DNA from: a virus
Lineage: Duplodnaviria > Heunggongvirae > Uroviricota > Caudoviricetes
DNA: 64,000 nt
IMG/VR virus record: IMGVR_UViG_3300028888_000044
Coordinates: 128,001 to 192,000 of that record
Direction: 5' to 3' (one strand)
Part shown: positions 28,009 through 38,500 of the stretch, piece by piece
Numbering within the stretch: the first letter of the stretch is position 1
Layout of the letters: every line of letters begins with the position of its first letter
The notes under the pieces: generated by a model
Database searches by the model: none
Told to the model about the DNA's origin: nothing
Seen by the model: only the letters and a program-made list of their open reading frames with translations
Made by a program: the position numbers and the translations under genes

Positions 28009-30453
28009 ATGAAAGTAGTTAAGAGAAACGGAAGCGAAGAGGATTTTTCGTTGGAAAAGATTGAAAACGCATTAAAAAATGCAAATTCCACTGTTCAAGA
28101 TGACCAAAAGATGGATGAAGAGTCATTGCAGAAGGTCATCAAAACCGTATTGAAGAAACTTGAGGGCTTTAATACAATCAGCGCTGAAGACATCAACAGT
28201 TTTGTAGAATCTGCTCTTGTAAGGCACAACAAATATCAGATTGAAAAGAATTACATACTATATAGGGAAAAGAAGAAGAATGATAAGAAGTTCACCCCAG
28301 ATGAAGAAAAAATTCTTGCATTGGTAGATGGAAATTCTGAATTGAGAGGTGATAATGCCAACAAGCACATTGATGACAATGGTTCAATCAGAGATTATGT
28401 AGCTGGTATCATTTGCAAGACAATGGCTGAAAAGATGCTTCCAAACGACATCATTACAGCTCATAAGCAAGGGCTTATACATTGGCACGATATGGATTAT
28501 AGCCCATTACAACCAGAACACAATTGTGACTTGATTAATGCTGAAGATATGTTGACAAATACGTTTGTTATGGGTGACACATTGATTGAACCAAACGATG
28601 AGACACCATTCAGAACAGCTTGCAACCTTTTGGCACAAATAAATCTTATAGTAAGTGGCAGACAATATGGTGGGCAGACCGTTTCATGGGCGCATTTACT
28701 TCCATTTATTGCAAATTCAAGAAGAATTATCAGAAAAGAGGTTTTAGCTGATATTGAAAAATACAACGGAAACTTGTCTGATGATGAGATAAACAAAATA
28801 GTAGAGGATAAGTTAAGGGAAGAAATCAAGGAGGGTGTTAAGACATATCAATATCAGATTTTATGCCACCAGAGTTCAAACGGACAGACACCTTTCGTAT
28901 CTAACAACCTTTGCTTGAGAGAGGCAGAAACACAGCAAGAGCTTGACGATTTTGCAATATTGATTGAAGAAATATTCAAGCGCAGAATCAAGGGTATCAA
29001 GGACAAGAACGGACATTATACTACCCCATTGTTCCCAAAGCTTCTCTATTGGATTACAGATGGTGTTAACTACAAGGAGGGTGAACCATACTTCTACCTT
29101 ACACGTCTTGCAGCAGAATGCAACGCATACAGAATGCAACCAGATATTGTTTCTGATAAGGAAACAAGAAGAGTAAAGCAAGGACAGATAATTCCATCAA
29201 TGGGATGCAGAAGCTTGTTAGGCCCTATTTGGGAGGAACATACATATCCAATTGATACAAAGTTCTATTGGGTTGAAGGTGTTGGAACATACCCATATGG
29301 TACATTTGTTGCAAAGAGGTCGTTCGAGTCTGTTGAAAACGGTGAATATCCAAGTGGATATGAAAACGGTAGATATTCAATCAATTTCAGAGGAAACACT
29401 GGTTGGCTCGTAAAGAAGACAGATACAGAAGTTACAATCAAGAAGCCAATCGTTTATGGACGTTGGAATAATGGTGTCGTAACAATCAATATACCACACG
29501 TTGCACTTGAAGCAAAGCAAGAGGGAAGAGACTTCTTTGAGGTATTCGATGAAAGGTTGGCTCTTTGCAGAAGGGCTTTGCAGATAAGGTATGAAAGGTG
29601 CAAGGAAATCAAGGCTATGAACTCTTCAATATTGTGGCAATATGGCGCATTGGCAAGATTGAAACCAGAACAGACTGTTGGTGACTTGATGAAGATGTAT
29701 CCCACACGTTCTACTATCAGTATCGGTTATGTAGGATTGTATGAAACTTGTGAAGCAATCATCGGTGAATCTAACACAACTGAAAAAGGTAGGGCATTTA
29801 CCAAGAAGATTATGGAATATATGAATGAAAAGGTTGCACAGTGGAAGAAGGAGGATGGTATCAACTACGCTATCTATGGTACACCAGAAGAAACATTGAC
29901 ATACAAGTTTGCAATGGCAAACAGAAGGGATTTCGGACTTATACCAAAGATTACTGACAAGGATTATGTAGTTAACAGCTACCACGTAGACCCACGTGAG
30001 ACTATCGATGCATTTACAAAGCTTGATATTGAAGGTGAATTCTTGGCATTGTCAGCTGGTGGTGCAATTTCATATATTGAAACTGGTGACTTGACACACA
30101 ATGTCGATGTAATTGTAAAGATTATCCAATGGATGGCAGACCATATATTGTACGCAGAAATAAACAGAATCATCGGTGTTTGCTATGATTGTGGATATGA
30201 AGGCAAGATGGAACTTGTCAAGACAACTGATGGAAAGTTCAAGTTTATCTGTCCTAATTGTGGTAACAGTGATGATAATAAGATGAATGTAAAGGGACGC
30301 TTGTGCGGCTATCTTGGGGAAATAAATGCAGGTAATACAAACAAGGGTAGATTGGACGATATTTACAATCGAGTAATTCATCTGGACTGTTATGATGAAT
30401 GTGCTGTACAGCCAATTATGGAAGAGTTGTACAGTTTAAAAATGAACGAGTAA
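28009..30453 (+). CDS. nrdD: Anaerobic (class III) ribonucleoside-triphosphate reductase with ATP cone
   Basis: VVKRNG ATP cone, HDMDY, NC.L, QYGGQ, MGCRS, YGTPEE, CYDCG/CPNCG zinc site, RLCGYL glycyl-radical motif. Confidence 0.95.
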   Translation: MKVVKRNGSEEDFSLEKIENALKNANSTVQDDQKMDEESLQKVIKTVLKKLEGFNTISAEDINSFVESALVRHNKYQIEKNYILYREKKKNDKKFTPDEEKILALVDGNSELRGDNANKHIDDNGSIRDYVAGIICKTMAEKMLPNDIITAHKQGLIHWHDMDYSPLQPEHNCDLINAEDMLTNTFVMGDTLIEPNDETPFRTACNLLAQINLIVSGRQYGGQTVSWAHLLPFIANSRRIIRKEVLADIEKYNGNLSDDEINKIVEDKLREEIKEGVKTYQYQILCHQSSNGQTPFVSNNLCLREAETQQELDDFAILIEEIFKRRIKGIKDKNGHYTTPLFPKLLYWITDGVNYKEGEPYFYLTRLAAECNAYRMQPDIVSDKETRRVKQGQIIPSMGCRSLLGPIWEEHTYPIDTKFYWVEGVGTYPYGTFVAKRSFESVENGEYPSGYENGRYSINFRGNTGWLVKKTDTEVTIKKPIVYGRWNNGVVTINIPHVALEAKQEGRDFFEVFDERLALCRRALQIRYERCKEIKAMNSSILWQYGALARLKPEQTVGDLMKMYPTRSTISIGYVGLYETCEAIIGESNTTEKGRAFTKKIMEYMNEKVAQWKKEDGINYAIYGTPEETLTYKFAMANRRDFGLIPKITDKDYVVNSYHVDPRETIDAFTKLDIEGEFLALSAGGAISYIETGDLTHNVDVIVKIIQWMADHILYAEINRIIGVCYDCGYEGKMELVKTTDGKFKFICPNCGNSDDNKMNVKGRLCGYLGEINAGNTNKGRLDDIYNRVIHLDCYDECAVQPIMEELYSLKMNE

Positions 30454-30458
30454 ATATT

Positions 30459-32147
30459 ATGAAAAAAAAAGTTGAAGAACCTATTAAAATCGTTACATAT
30501 GAGGATTTAAAGGATATAATTGGCTATCATCCTTGTCAAGAGATTACATTTATTTGCGAGAAATGCAACAAGATTGTTACTAAAAGTTTAGCGGCAGTTA
30601 GAAAGAGGGGTTTATTATGCCAGAAATGCCAACGAGATTTGAATGGAATTAAAAAATATGGTTCTGAGGAAAAGTTTAAACAGCATCTACAAGATGTTAG
30701 AGTTAAGTCATTAAACACGTTAATAGAAAAATATGGCTCTATTGATGAAGCATATAAACATCGTGTAGATGCATATAAAAAAACTTGTTTGGAAAAATAT
30801 GGTGTTGATAATTCCTCTAAAAGGCAAGAATTTAAAGATTATTTGAAATTAAACAACCCAATTTTCAAAGATGAATATAAAGAGAAAGCCAAACAATCAT
30901 ACACTAGAGAGAAACATATTGCGGCAGCTAGAAAAGTATCTGAATATATGAAGGAAAATGATTTATATAAAATTAATGCAAAAAAATGTGCCGAAACAAA
31001 GTTGGCTCGTTATGGAAACAGTGCTTATACAAATCATGAACAATCAGAAGTGACAATGTTGTCAAAGTATGGTGTAAAAAGTGGGCTTAATATTGCAATA
31101 CAAAAAAGAATAAAACAGATTGCAGATGATGGTTATGTAACAATTGGTGAATTAAGTGAAACTTATGGTTATTATCCAGAAGGTATAGAAATTATATTAA
31201 AAGAAAATAAAATACCAATAAAAGTATATGGTAATTGGAGGTGTGCATTAAGAAACAGTTTACCAACTGATTTTGAAGAAATCATACATAATCATAGATT
31301 TTCATATAGAAGCAATGGCGAAAAAGAAATGTATGATTTTGTGAAAAGCCTTGATGAAACAGCTATTAACAATGATAGAACCATATTAAAACCCAAGGAA
31401 TTGGATATTTTCGTCCCATCAAAAAATATAGCTATTGAGTTCGATGGATTATTTTGGCATAAAGATGAAAATTTGCTCATAAAGACAAATCAATGTGCTG
31501 ATAAAGGGATTAGACTTTTACATTTTTATGAAGACGAATGGGAATATAAAAAGGATATTTGCAAATCCATTATTTCGTCTGCTTTAGGAATATTTGAGCA
31601 ACGTGTGTATGCTAGAAAGTGTAAAATTAAAAATTTATCAACTGATGAATATAATAATTTTTTAGATAATAATCATATACAAGGTTTTATTAACACGCCT
31701 ATACGAATAGGTTTATTTTATAATGAAGAATTAATTCAATGCATAGGTATTGGTAAATCAAGGTATTCGGCAGATGAATTTGAATTATATCGTATGTGTA
31801 CAAAATTAAATCATCAAGTTATTGGTGGATTTAGTAAATTACTAAAACATTTATGTAAATATTATAATATCAATATTTTATATTCATATGTTGATAGAAG
31901 ATTATTTGATGGTAACGGATATAAAAAAATTGGTTTTTCAATCTTAAAAGAAACAAAACCTTCTTATTTTTATTTTAAGAATTTAAAAAGGGAAAATCGT
32001 ATTAAATATCAAAAACATAAATTAAAAAAAATATTGGAAAATTTCGATGATTCGTTAAGTGAAATTGACAATATGAAAAATAATGGTTTCGCATTGATTT
32101 ATGATTGCGGAACATATAAAATGAAAATTGTTTTAAATGAATTATAG
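30459..32147 (+). mobile_element. Free-standing putative homing endonuclease (Hef/Vsr-DUF559-like) between nrdD and nrdG
   Basis: CEKC/CQKC zinc ribbon, EKYG repeats, ELDIFVP...AIEFDGLFWH...LLHFYEDEW nuclease core, C-terminal VYARKC...IYDCG domain. Visibly more AT-rich codons than flanking genes. ATG at 30459. Confidence 0.7.
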
Positions 32148-32634
32148 CGCAATAAAATATTTTTGTACGGTAAATGGTATTGGTTTATGCACTTCTTTAT
32201 TTGTTTCTGGATGTGACTTGCATTGCAAGGGATGCTTCAACAGAGCTTCTTGGGATTTCAAGGCTGGTGCTGAATACACAGAAGATGTGCAAGAAAAGAT
32301 ATTCAAGTCAATTGAACCAGAATATATATCACATTTAAGCATATTGGGAGGTGAGCCGTTGGCAGATGACAATCAAGATGCAGTATTGAAGATTGTCAAG
32401 GATTTCAGAAAACGTTTCGGTAACAGCAAAAAGATTTGGATTTGGAGCGGATATTACCTTGATAAAATGACTGACAAACAGAAGGAAATAGTCTCTTACT
32501 GTGACTATCTGATTGACGGTAGATGGGATGAAAACAATTACAAGCCGAATCTTATGTTCAGAGGCAGTACCAATCAGACAATTTGGGAGAACCACAATGG
32601 AGAATTTGTTAGAAGCGAATTGAATGACAAGTGA
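32137..32634 (+). CDS. nrdG: Anaerobic RNR activating protein (radical SAM)
   Basis: NG.G...SLFVSGCDLHCKGCFN, LGGEPL, WSGY, IDGR...FRGSTNQ. Confidence 0.95.
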   Translation: MNYSAIKYFCTVNGIGLCTSLFVSGCDLHCKGCFNRASWDFKAGAEYTEDVQEKIFKSIEPEYISHLSILGGEPLADDNQDAVLKIVKDFRKRFGNSKKIWIWSGYYLDKMTDKQKEIVSYCDYLIDGRWDENNYKPNLMFRGSTNQTIWENHNGEFVRSELNDK

Positions 32635-32692
32635 AATTTACTCATATGGAAACTATACTGTTTATATTGAAATTTAGACAATGTTATATAAT

Positions 32693-32738
32693 TTGGCACC
32701 AGTTTGGTAAAATAATTACCTACTGATGCCATTTTTTT
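32693..32738 (+). terminator. Probable terminator
   Basis: TGGCACCAGT...ACTGATGCCA imperfect stem plus T run after nrdG. Confidence 0.55.
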
Positions 32739-32800
32739 ATTGTTAACATATCTTTATGAAAATAAAAAAAGCATTATATTTTAAATAATCACAATACAAA

Positions 32801-32807
32801 TATTTAT
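32801..32807 (+). promoter_or_regulatory. Putative late promoter motif TATTTAT
   Basis: aaTATTTATt 18 nt upstream of the gp25-like ATG 32826, at the head of the baseplate operon. Confidence 0.55.
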
Positions 32808-32825
32808 TAATAAAACGTTTTGCAT

Positions 32826-33215
32826 ATGGCAAAAATACAATATGATGGTATAAAATATCCGTTTGAGAACAAGAACAATGAGAATTATCTGTTTGACTTG
32901 AACACGACAATGCGAGAAAGCATTAGGAGTAGATTGCTGCATGTAATTTTCACCCCAAAGGGACAGAAGGTTCGAGACCCAGAGTTTGGTACAGACTTGA
33001 TAAGGCATATATTTGAGCAGAATGATACTCAAACTTGGTCTCAAATGACAGAGGAAATTTCTAGTGCGGTAAGCAAATATGTTCCAGATACTGTAGTAAA
33101 CAGTATCAAGATACTTCAGAATGAAGAGGATTCTTCAGTAGTGTTCGTAAGGATTGATTATTCTGTTAAGGAAGGGAATTTAGTGACAAATGACACAGTA
33201 ATAACAAAAATATAA
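32826..33215 (+). CDS. Baseplate wedge subunit, gp25-like
   Basis: GIKYPF...SIRS.L....FT.KGQKVRDPEFGTDL...IFE motif. Confidence 0.9.
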   Translation: MAKIQYDGIKYPFENKNNENYLFDLNTTMRESIRSRLLHVIFTPKGQKVRDPEFGTDLIRHIFEQNDTQTWSQMTEEISSAVSKYVPDTVVNSIKILQNEEDSSVVFVRIDYSVKEGNLVTNDTVITKI

Positions 33216-33222
33216 TTAAGAG

Positions 33223-35208
33223 ATGGCAGAAAAAAGTATAAATTACCTTGCAAGGGATTTTGATGGTATAAAGGAAGAATTGATTAAATTCAGTCAAAAG
33301 TATTATCCGACATTAAGTACTTCATTCACAGATTCAAGCGTTGGCTCTTGGTTCATTGATTTGGTAAGTGCTGTAGGTGACGATTTATCCTATAGCATTG
33401 ATAGGGCATATCAAGAGAACAACGTGAATACTTCGCACCTTAGAAGCAGTGTATTGAACGTTGCTCGTTTAAATGGTGTAAAGGTTCCAGGTTCAAAGGC
33501 AAGTATGGTTGAGGTAGAATTGTCTTGTAAAATAGGAGTTAGTGGAAATACGCCATTATGGAGTGATTGCCCAGTTGTTAAGAGAGATACACAAGTTGGT
33601 AATGGAAGTATGGTGTTCGAGTTGACAGAAGATGTAAACTTTGCAGAACAGTTCAACAGTGATGGCTATTCCAATAGGAAGTATGAACCAAACAGAAACG
33701 CAAACGGAGCTATTACAAGCTATACTGTAAGCAAATCTGTTATGGCAATAGCTGGTAATTCAAAGGTATTCAAGAAGGTAATTACAAGCAACGAGCTTGA
33801 ACCATTTATGGAGGTAATATTACCAGATAAAGATGTTATGTGTGTTGACTCAATTATCTTCAAAGCAACAACTGGTTTAACATCAAATCCTAAAATATTT
33901 GAATATTTCATAGATGAGGAACAATATAGAATTACTGGTGATTTCGTTAACACATATAGATTCTTTGAAACTGATTCTCTTGCCGACTTGTACAGATATG
34001 GTACAGAAACAGATGGTAAAGACTGTTTGAGCGGTTCTAATGACGTATATGTAGATTATACAGAAACGTGGTCTATGAGCGGTGATAGTGAAAATGTTAG
34101 TACACGAAGCACAAGAGTATACAAGGGAAAGTGGAAGCCATTGACACAGAAGTTCATAACAGAATATACTGACAATGGATACTTGAAGATTATTTTTGGT
34201 GCTGGTAGTTATGATAAAATTCCAAGCGGAACAACCTATGCCGAATATAGAATGAGCAATATGGTAAATAATGCAATGCTTGGTGTATTGCCACAAGAAG
34301 GGTGGACAATGTATGTCCTTTATACAGTGAATGGTGGTGCAAGCACAAACATAGGTGTTGGCGCAATCAATTCAATAATGTATCTTGACATTGAATTCCC
34401 ATTGGGTACAATAAATTCTGCCAATGTAACAAAGTCAATGTCAGTTACCAACTTAAGCAATGCAATAGCTGGTAAAGACGCACCTTCGACAGAAGAGCTT
34501 AAGCATCTCATCAAGTACAATGTTGGCGCACAAAAGCGCTGTGTAACGTTGAATGACTACAAGGCTATGGTGGCAATGATGCCGCCTAAGTACGGCAGTC
34601 CTTTCAGATATAATGCTATTGAGGAAAACAACAAGGTCGTTCTTTCATTCTTGGGCTTGAATGCAGCAAAGAAGCTTGACACTTCTCTTCCAAGCCTTTT
34701 GGTTGACAACGTAAAGGAATATTTGAAGGGTTATAAGAATATAACTGATTATGTTGAAATTAGAAGCGGAAAGGTATACAACCTTGGTTTTGAAATAGAT
34801 GTTTATATAGACAAGAATTACACTACACAATTCGTAATCAAATCCATAATAGATACCATCAAGGACTATATGGATGTTGAAAACCACGTTATGGGTGACA
34901 ATTTCTTCATAGGTGACTTGGAGAAGGAGATAAACAAGATTGACGGTGTTATTGCATTAATTGATTTGAGAGTATATAACATTTGGGGAGGTATTTATGG
35001 GTCTAACGGAAAGTTCCCATTGTACTACTCGTCTGATTCTTGCGGACAGAAAGTTGTTGAAAGACTGATTACTACAAAGGATGAAAATGCAATTTGTGAC
35101 AGAATTGACATTGAGGCACTTGATGCAGTTTTGGAGAATGATTATGATTCTATGTTCGAAATTAAATTTCCAGAAAGTGATATTTCAATAAGAGCAAAAT
35201 TAAAATAA
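33223..35208 (+). CDS. Baseplate wedge subunit, gp6 / baseplate-J-like
   Basis: NYLARDFDGIK, D.LSY.IDR...E, IIFGAG, Y.VNGG...NIG, GKDAPS.EE, Q.RCVT..DY. Confidence 0.88.
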   Translation: MAEKSINYLARDFDGIKEELIKFSQKYYPTLSTSFTDSSVGSWFIDLVSAVGDDLSYSIDRAYQENNVNTSHLRSSVLNVARLNGVKVPGSKASMVEVELSCKIGVSGNTPLWSDCPVVKRDTQVGNGSMVFELTEDVNFAEQFNSDGYSNRKYEPNRNANGAITSYTVSKSVMAIAGNSKVFKKVITSNELEPFMEVILPDKDVMCVDSIIFKATTGLTSNPKIFEYFIDEEQYRITGDFVNTYRFFETDSLADLYRYGTETDGKDCLSGSNDVYVDYTETWSMSGDSENVSTRSTRVYKGKWKPLTQKFITEYTDNGYLKIIFGAGSYDKIPSGTTYAEYRMSNMVNNAMLGVLPQEGWTMYVLYTVNGGASTNIGVGAINSIMYLDIEFPLGTINSANVTKSMSVTNLSNAIAGKDAPSTEELKHLIKYNVGAQKRCVTLNDYKAMVAMMPPKYGSPFRYNAIEENNKVVLSFLGLNAAKKLDTSLPSLLVDNVKEYLKGYKNITDYVEIRSGKVYNLGFEIDVYIDKNYTTQFVIKSIIDTIKDYMDVENHVMGDNFFIGDLEKEINKIDGVIALIDLRVYNIWGGIYGSNGKFPLYYSSDSCGQKVVERLITTKDENAICDRIDIEALDAVLENDYDSMFEIKFPESDISIRAKLK

Positions 35209-35223
35209 AAAAAATAGTTTCAA

Positions 35224-35535
35224 ATGGCTTGTAATTGTAAGACAATTGACAAAATAGGGAACCGTTTCAAGATAAGTGACGGTCATCATGAGAAAAAGGG
35301 TTGGTGGTACTACATCAAGGGTATCTTCAATGAAATAGTTGTGAATAGGTTGCTAAATGCCTTATTTTTGGCACTTGTATGCATTGTGGTAATGCCACTG
35401 TTGGCATTAATCATAGTGTTTACCCAAATTATACTTGGCAATGCTCGTGTCATATTTCCAGAGGGTATAATCAACAAAATAAAGGGCAAGACAAAGGCTA
35501 TACAAAATGAACAAGAGCTACAGAATACATACTAA
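35224..35535 (+). CDS. Small membrane protein
   Basis: MACNCK start and a long hydrophobic segment LLNALFLALVCIVVMPLLALIIVFTQIILG. Confidence 0.7.
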   Translation: MACNCKTIDKIGNRFKISDGHHEKKGWWYYIKGIFNEIVVNRLLNALFLALVCIVVMPLLALIIVFTQIILGNARVIFPEGIINKIKGKTKAIQNEQELQNTY

Positions 35536-38500
35536 TATTGGTGACAATAAGGTTTTGAAGGTTAATATGAGTCAAGAATACGATTTTTTGGAAATCTTGA
35601 CAATGAAGATTGACCAAGAGGAAACATACAGAATAGACTCTTCCAATTATGGAATCATAGTTGGAAGGGTTCTTGCAAATGATGCATTCGGTATCCCAAA
35701 TGCAAAGGTTTCAGTGTTCATCCCAATATCTGATGAAGATTATGAGAATACTGAAATACGTTCCTTATACAACTATTTTGACACCACATCAAAGAATTAT
35801 GGAAACGTAAGATACAATCTGTTACCAGATTCTTCCAATGACGATTGTTATAGGGTTGTAGGAACATTCCCAAACAAAAGGCTTGTCTTGGATGACAACA
35901 CAACACTTGAGGTTTTTGATAAATACTACAAATATACTACAGTTACCAATAACTCTGGTGACTATATGATTTATGGCATACCAACTGGTAATACTCAACT
36001 TCACGTTGATATTGACTTGTCTGATATTGGTGTCCTTTCTCAAAAGCCAAGGGACTTTATGTACAAAGGTTATACCGAGACGCTTTTTGACAGTTCGGAA
36101 CAGTTCAAGGGAGGGACAAACCTTGACGATATTGCCCAAATAATCAGTCAAGACCAAGGTGTATATGTCTATCCGTTTTACAGTGACGAGGAAAGCACTG
36201 ATGTCGGTATAACTAGATGTGACATACAAGTGCAATACAAGTTTGAGCCGACTTGTGTGTTTTTCGGTTCAATTATCAGCGATAGCTACGGAAACAATAT
36301 ACAGCCAACTTGTACCCCTAATGCAAATATAGGACGAAATAAGGAGCTTATATGCGGTGACGGTACTATTGAAATGATTCGAAAGACAACAGATGGTTTG
36401 GTTGAAGAATACCAGATTCAAGGAAACCAACTTATAGACGGTGATGGCGTTTGGTGTTATCAGATACCAATGAATCTTGATTATGTTGGTATGGATGAAT
36501 ATGGTAACATAGTTGCGACAGACAACCCTAACAAGGGTATACCAACAAGGACAAGGGTTAGGTTCAGATTCAGTATGGTTGAATCTGAAAATGATGCAAT
36601 GTCAAGACATAGAGCAAAATATCTTGTACCTAACAATCCACAAATAGAGCCAAATGAGAATATGCCATCCATTAGTGACTGTTCGTCTTTTGACAAGCAT
36701 TATGAATTCGGCTCATCAACACTTGAAGAAGATTTTAGGGACTTGTATTGGAACAAGGTATATTCTGTAAAGAACTATATTCCAAGACTTCAAACCATCA
36801 AGAAGGTAAAGACAAAAAACTATAGCGGTATACGTTCAGTAAATACATATGAAAGCAAAAATCCTTTCCCTTACAACAAGGTTAGATTCTATCTTCCATT
36901 TGCATTTAGAATGCTTTGTATCATAATCAAGATTTTGATAGGCACAATTATGATTATCAATGCATTAATGTGTACAATATCATTTATGCTTGATACTGTC
37001 CTTTGTATATGGATTCCACTTCCATTTGTCAAGGACATCCGTATATGCCCTTTGAAGCCTTTAAAGAAATATTTGACTTGTATACCATTTGCTGGCGGTT
37101 TGACTGACTCTGACAATACAAATGTCGCATACTATCCAGGTTGTTGGTGTGATAACTATGGAAATTGTCCAGATGATATGGAAGGTTGCTCGAAGAGTAC
37201 AAGTATGGGTTCGCTTTATGATGTTATTGAACAGTCGTTGGCACAAGAGTATGATATTATTCACTTGGACTTTTACAACGATTGGGTTAATGGCACACTA
37301 TACATGCCTCTTTGGCATTGGAAGAAGACCAAGAAAAAGTCATATTTCTTCGGATTGTTCAGAAAGAGAGCAAAGAACATATATTGTGATTGTGACAAGC
37401 AGTGGAACAGATTGAGACTTATGGACAGTTGTACTATGAATTACACTGGTGCAACAAATGACAATGGTGATACTTGGCATCATAGCAAGCGTGAATACTA
37501 CACCAAATGGGGTATGATTAAGAATATCGTCAACAAGGATGGCTTGAATATATACTACTATTCATCTGGTGTTATTGTTGACCCTAAGCCAACGGAGAAT
37601 CCACCTATCGGAAAATACAAGGAATTTGCAAGATACTTTGCTACAGATATTATATTGTTGGGTTCGTTCAACAGTTGTGATACAGAAGGTCTGCCACAAC
37701 CATATAGAGGACTTCCTTCAACTACATCAAGTATTCCAGCAATCACAACTACGGTTCAACCTTTTGTTGATGAAGAAAGTACAAGTACTGAAGGTACTAC
37801 AGAGGAAGAAGGTGATGTAGAAGTAACTGGTATGGATTGGCTTCATGGACCAGAAAGGCAAGCGCCTTATTTTGGACGTGGCTTGCTAATGAGTATGGAC
37901 TGTAGGGCAATATATACAAAACCAAAGTCTTGCGTAAACATCAGTAGATTAAGTGAATTGGGCGTTAACTATGATATGTCATATACAGATGTATATGCAA
38001 ATAATGGCAATACTGCGACAACAAATGTAATAGCAGATGGTGTCATTACAAAGACAGAACTTGATGATTATGAAACAAGAGCAATGTTTGCCACACTTAA
38101 TCATAGGGGCTTGACTCAAATGAAGACAGACCCATCGACTGGTTATAAGATATATGATTTCAGATATTTGTACCCAGTAGATTTTGACGGTAGGCAAAAT
38201 GACAATATATTAAGAAGATACAAGATAGATACTCACGATTATGCAGATGAGGATTATCTATTGTTCAGATTTGGACCAGATTGGGAACACGACAAATATG
38301 GACACCCAACTGATAAGCGAGAAGATAGAGTAACGCACAATTACACTACTAATGACAAACCAAGTTCTACAAAGGATAACAACTTCTTCCCATACTATAA
38401 CAACTCATTCTATTTCTATTTCGGATTGAACGAGGGTAAGACTGCCATTGACAAGTTCAGAAACAAATTTACTGCAACTTGTTCTAAAAACGTGAAATAT

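Noticed and set aside
29233-29454. Intein or intron in nrdD
   Set aside because: Reading frame is continuous, the insert is short, and it lacks C/S start and HN-C/S/T end motifs.
30399-30458. Track start of the endonuclease overlapping nrdD by 55 nt
   Set aside because: ATG 30459 just after the nrdD stop is more plausible.
32635-32800. Possible tRNA or ncRNA in intergenic gaps
   Set aside because: No cloverleaf or TTCGA T-loop context; only a terminator-like hairpin.
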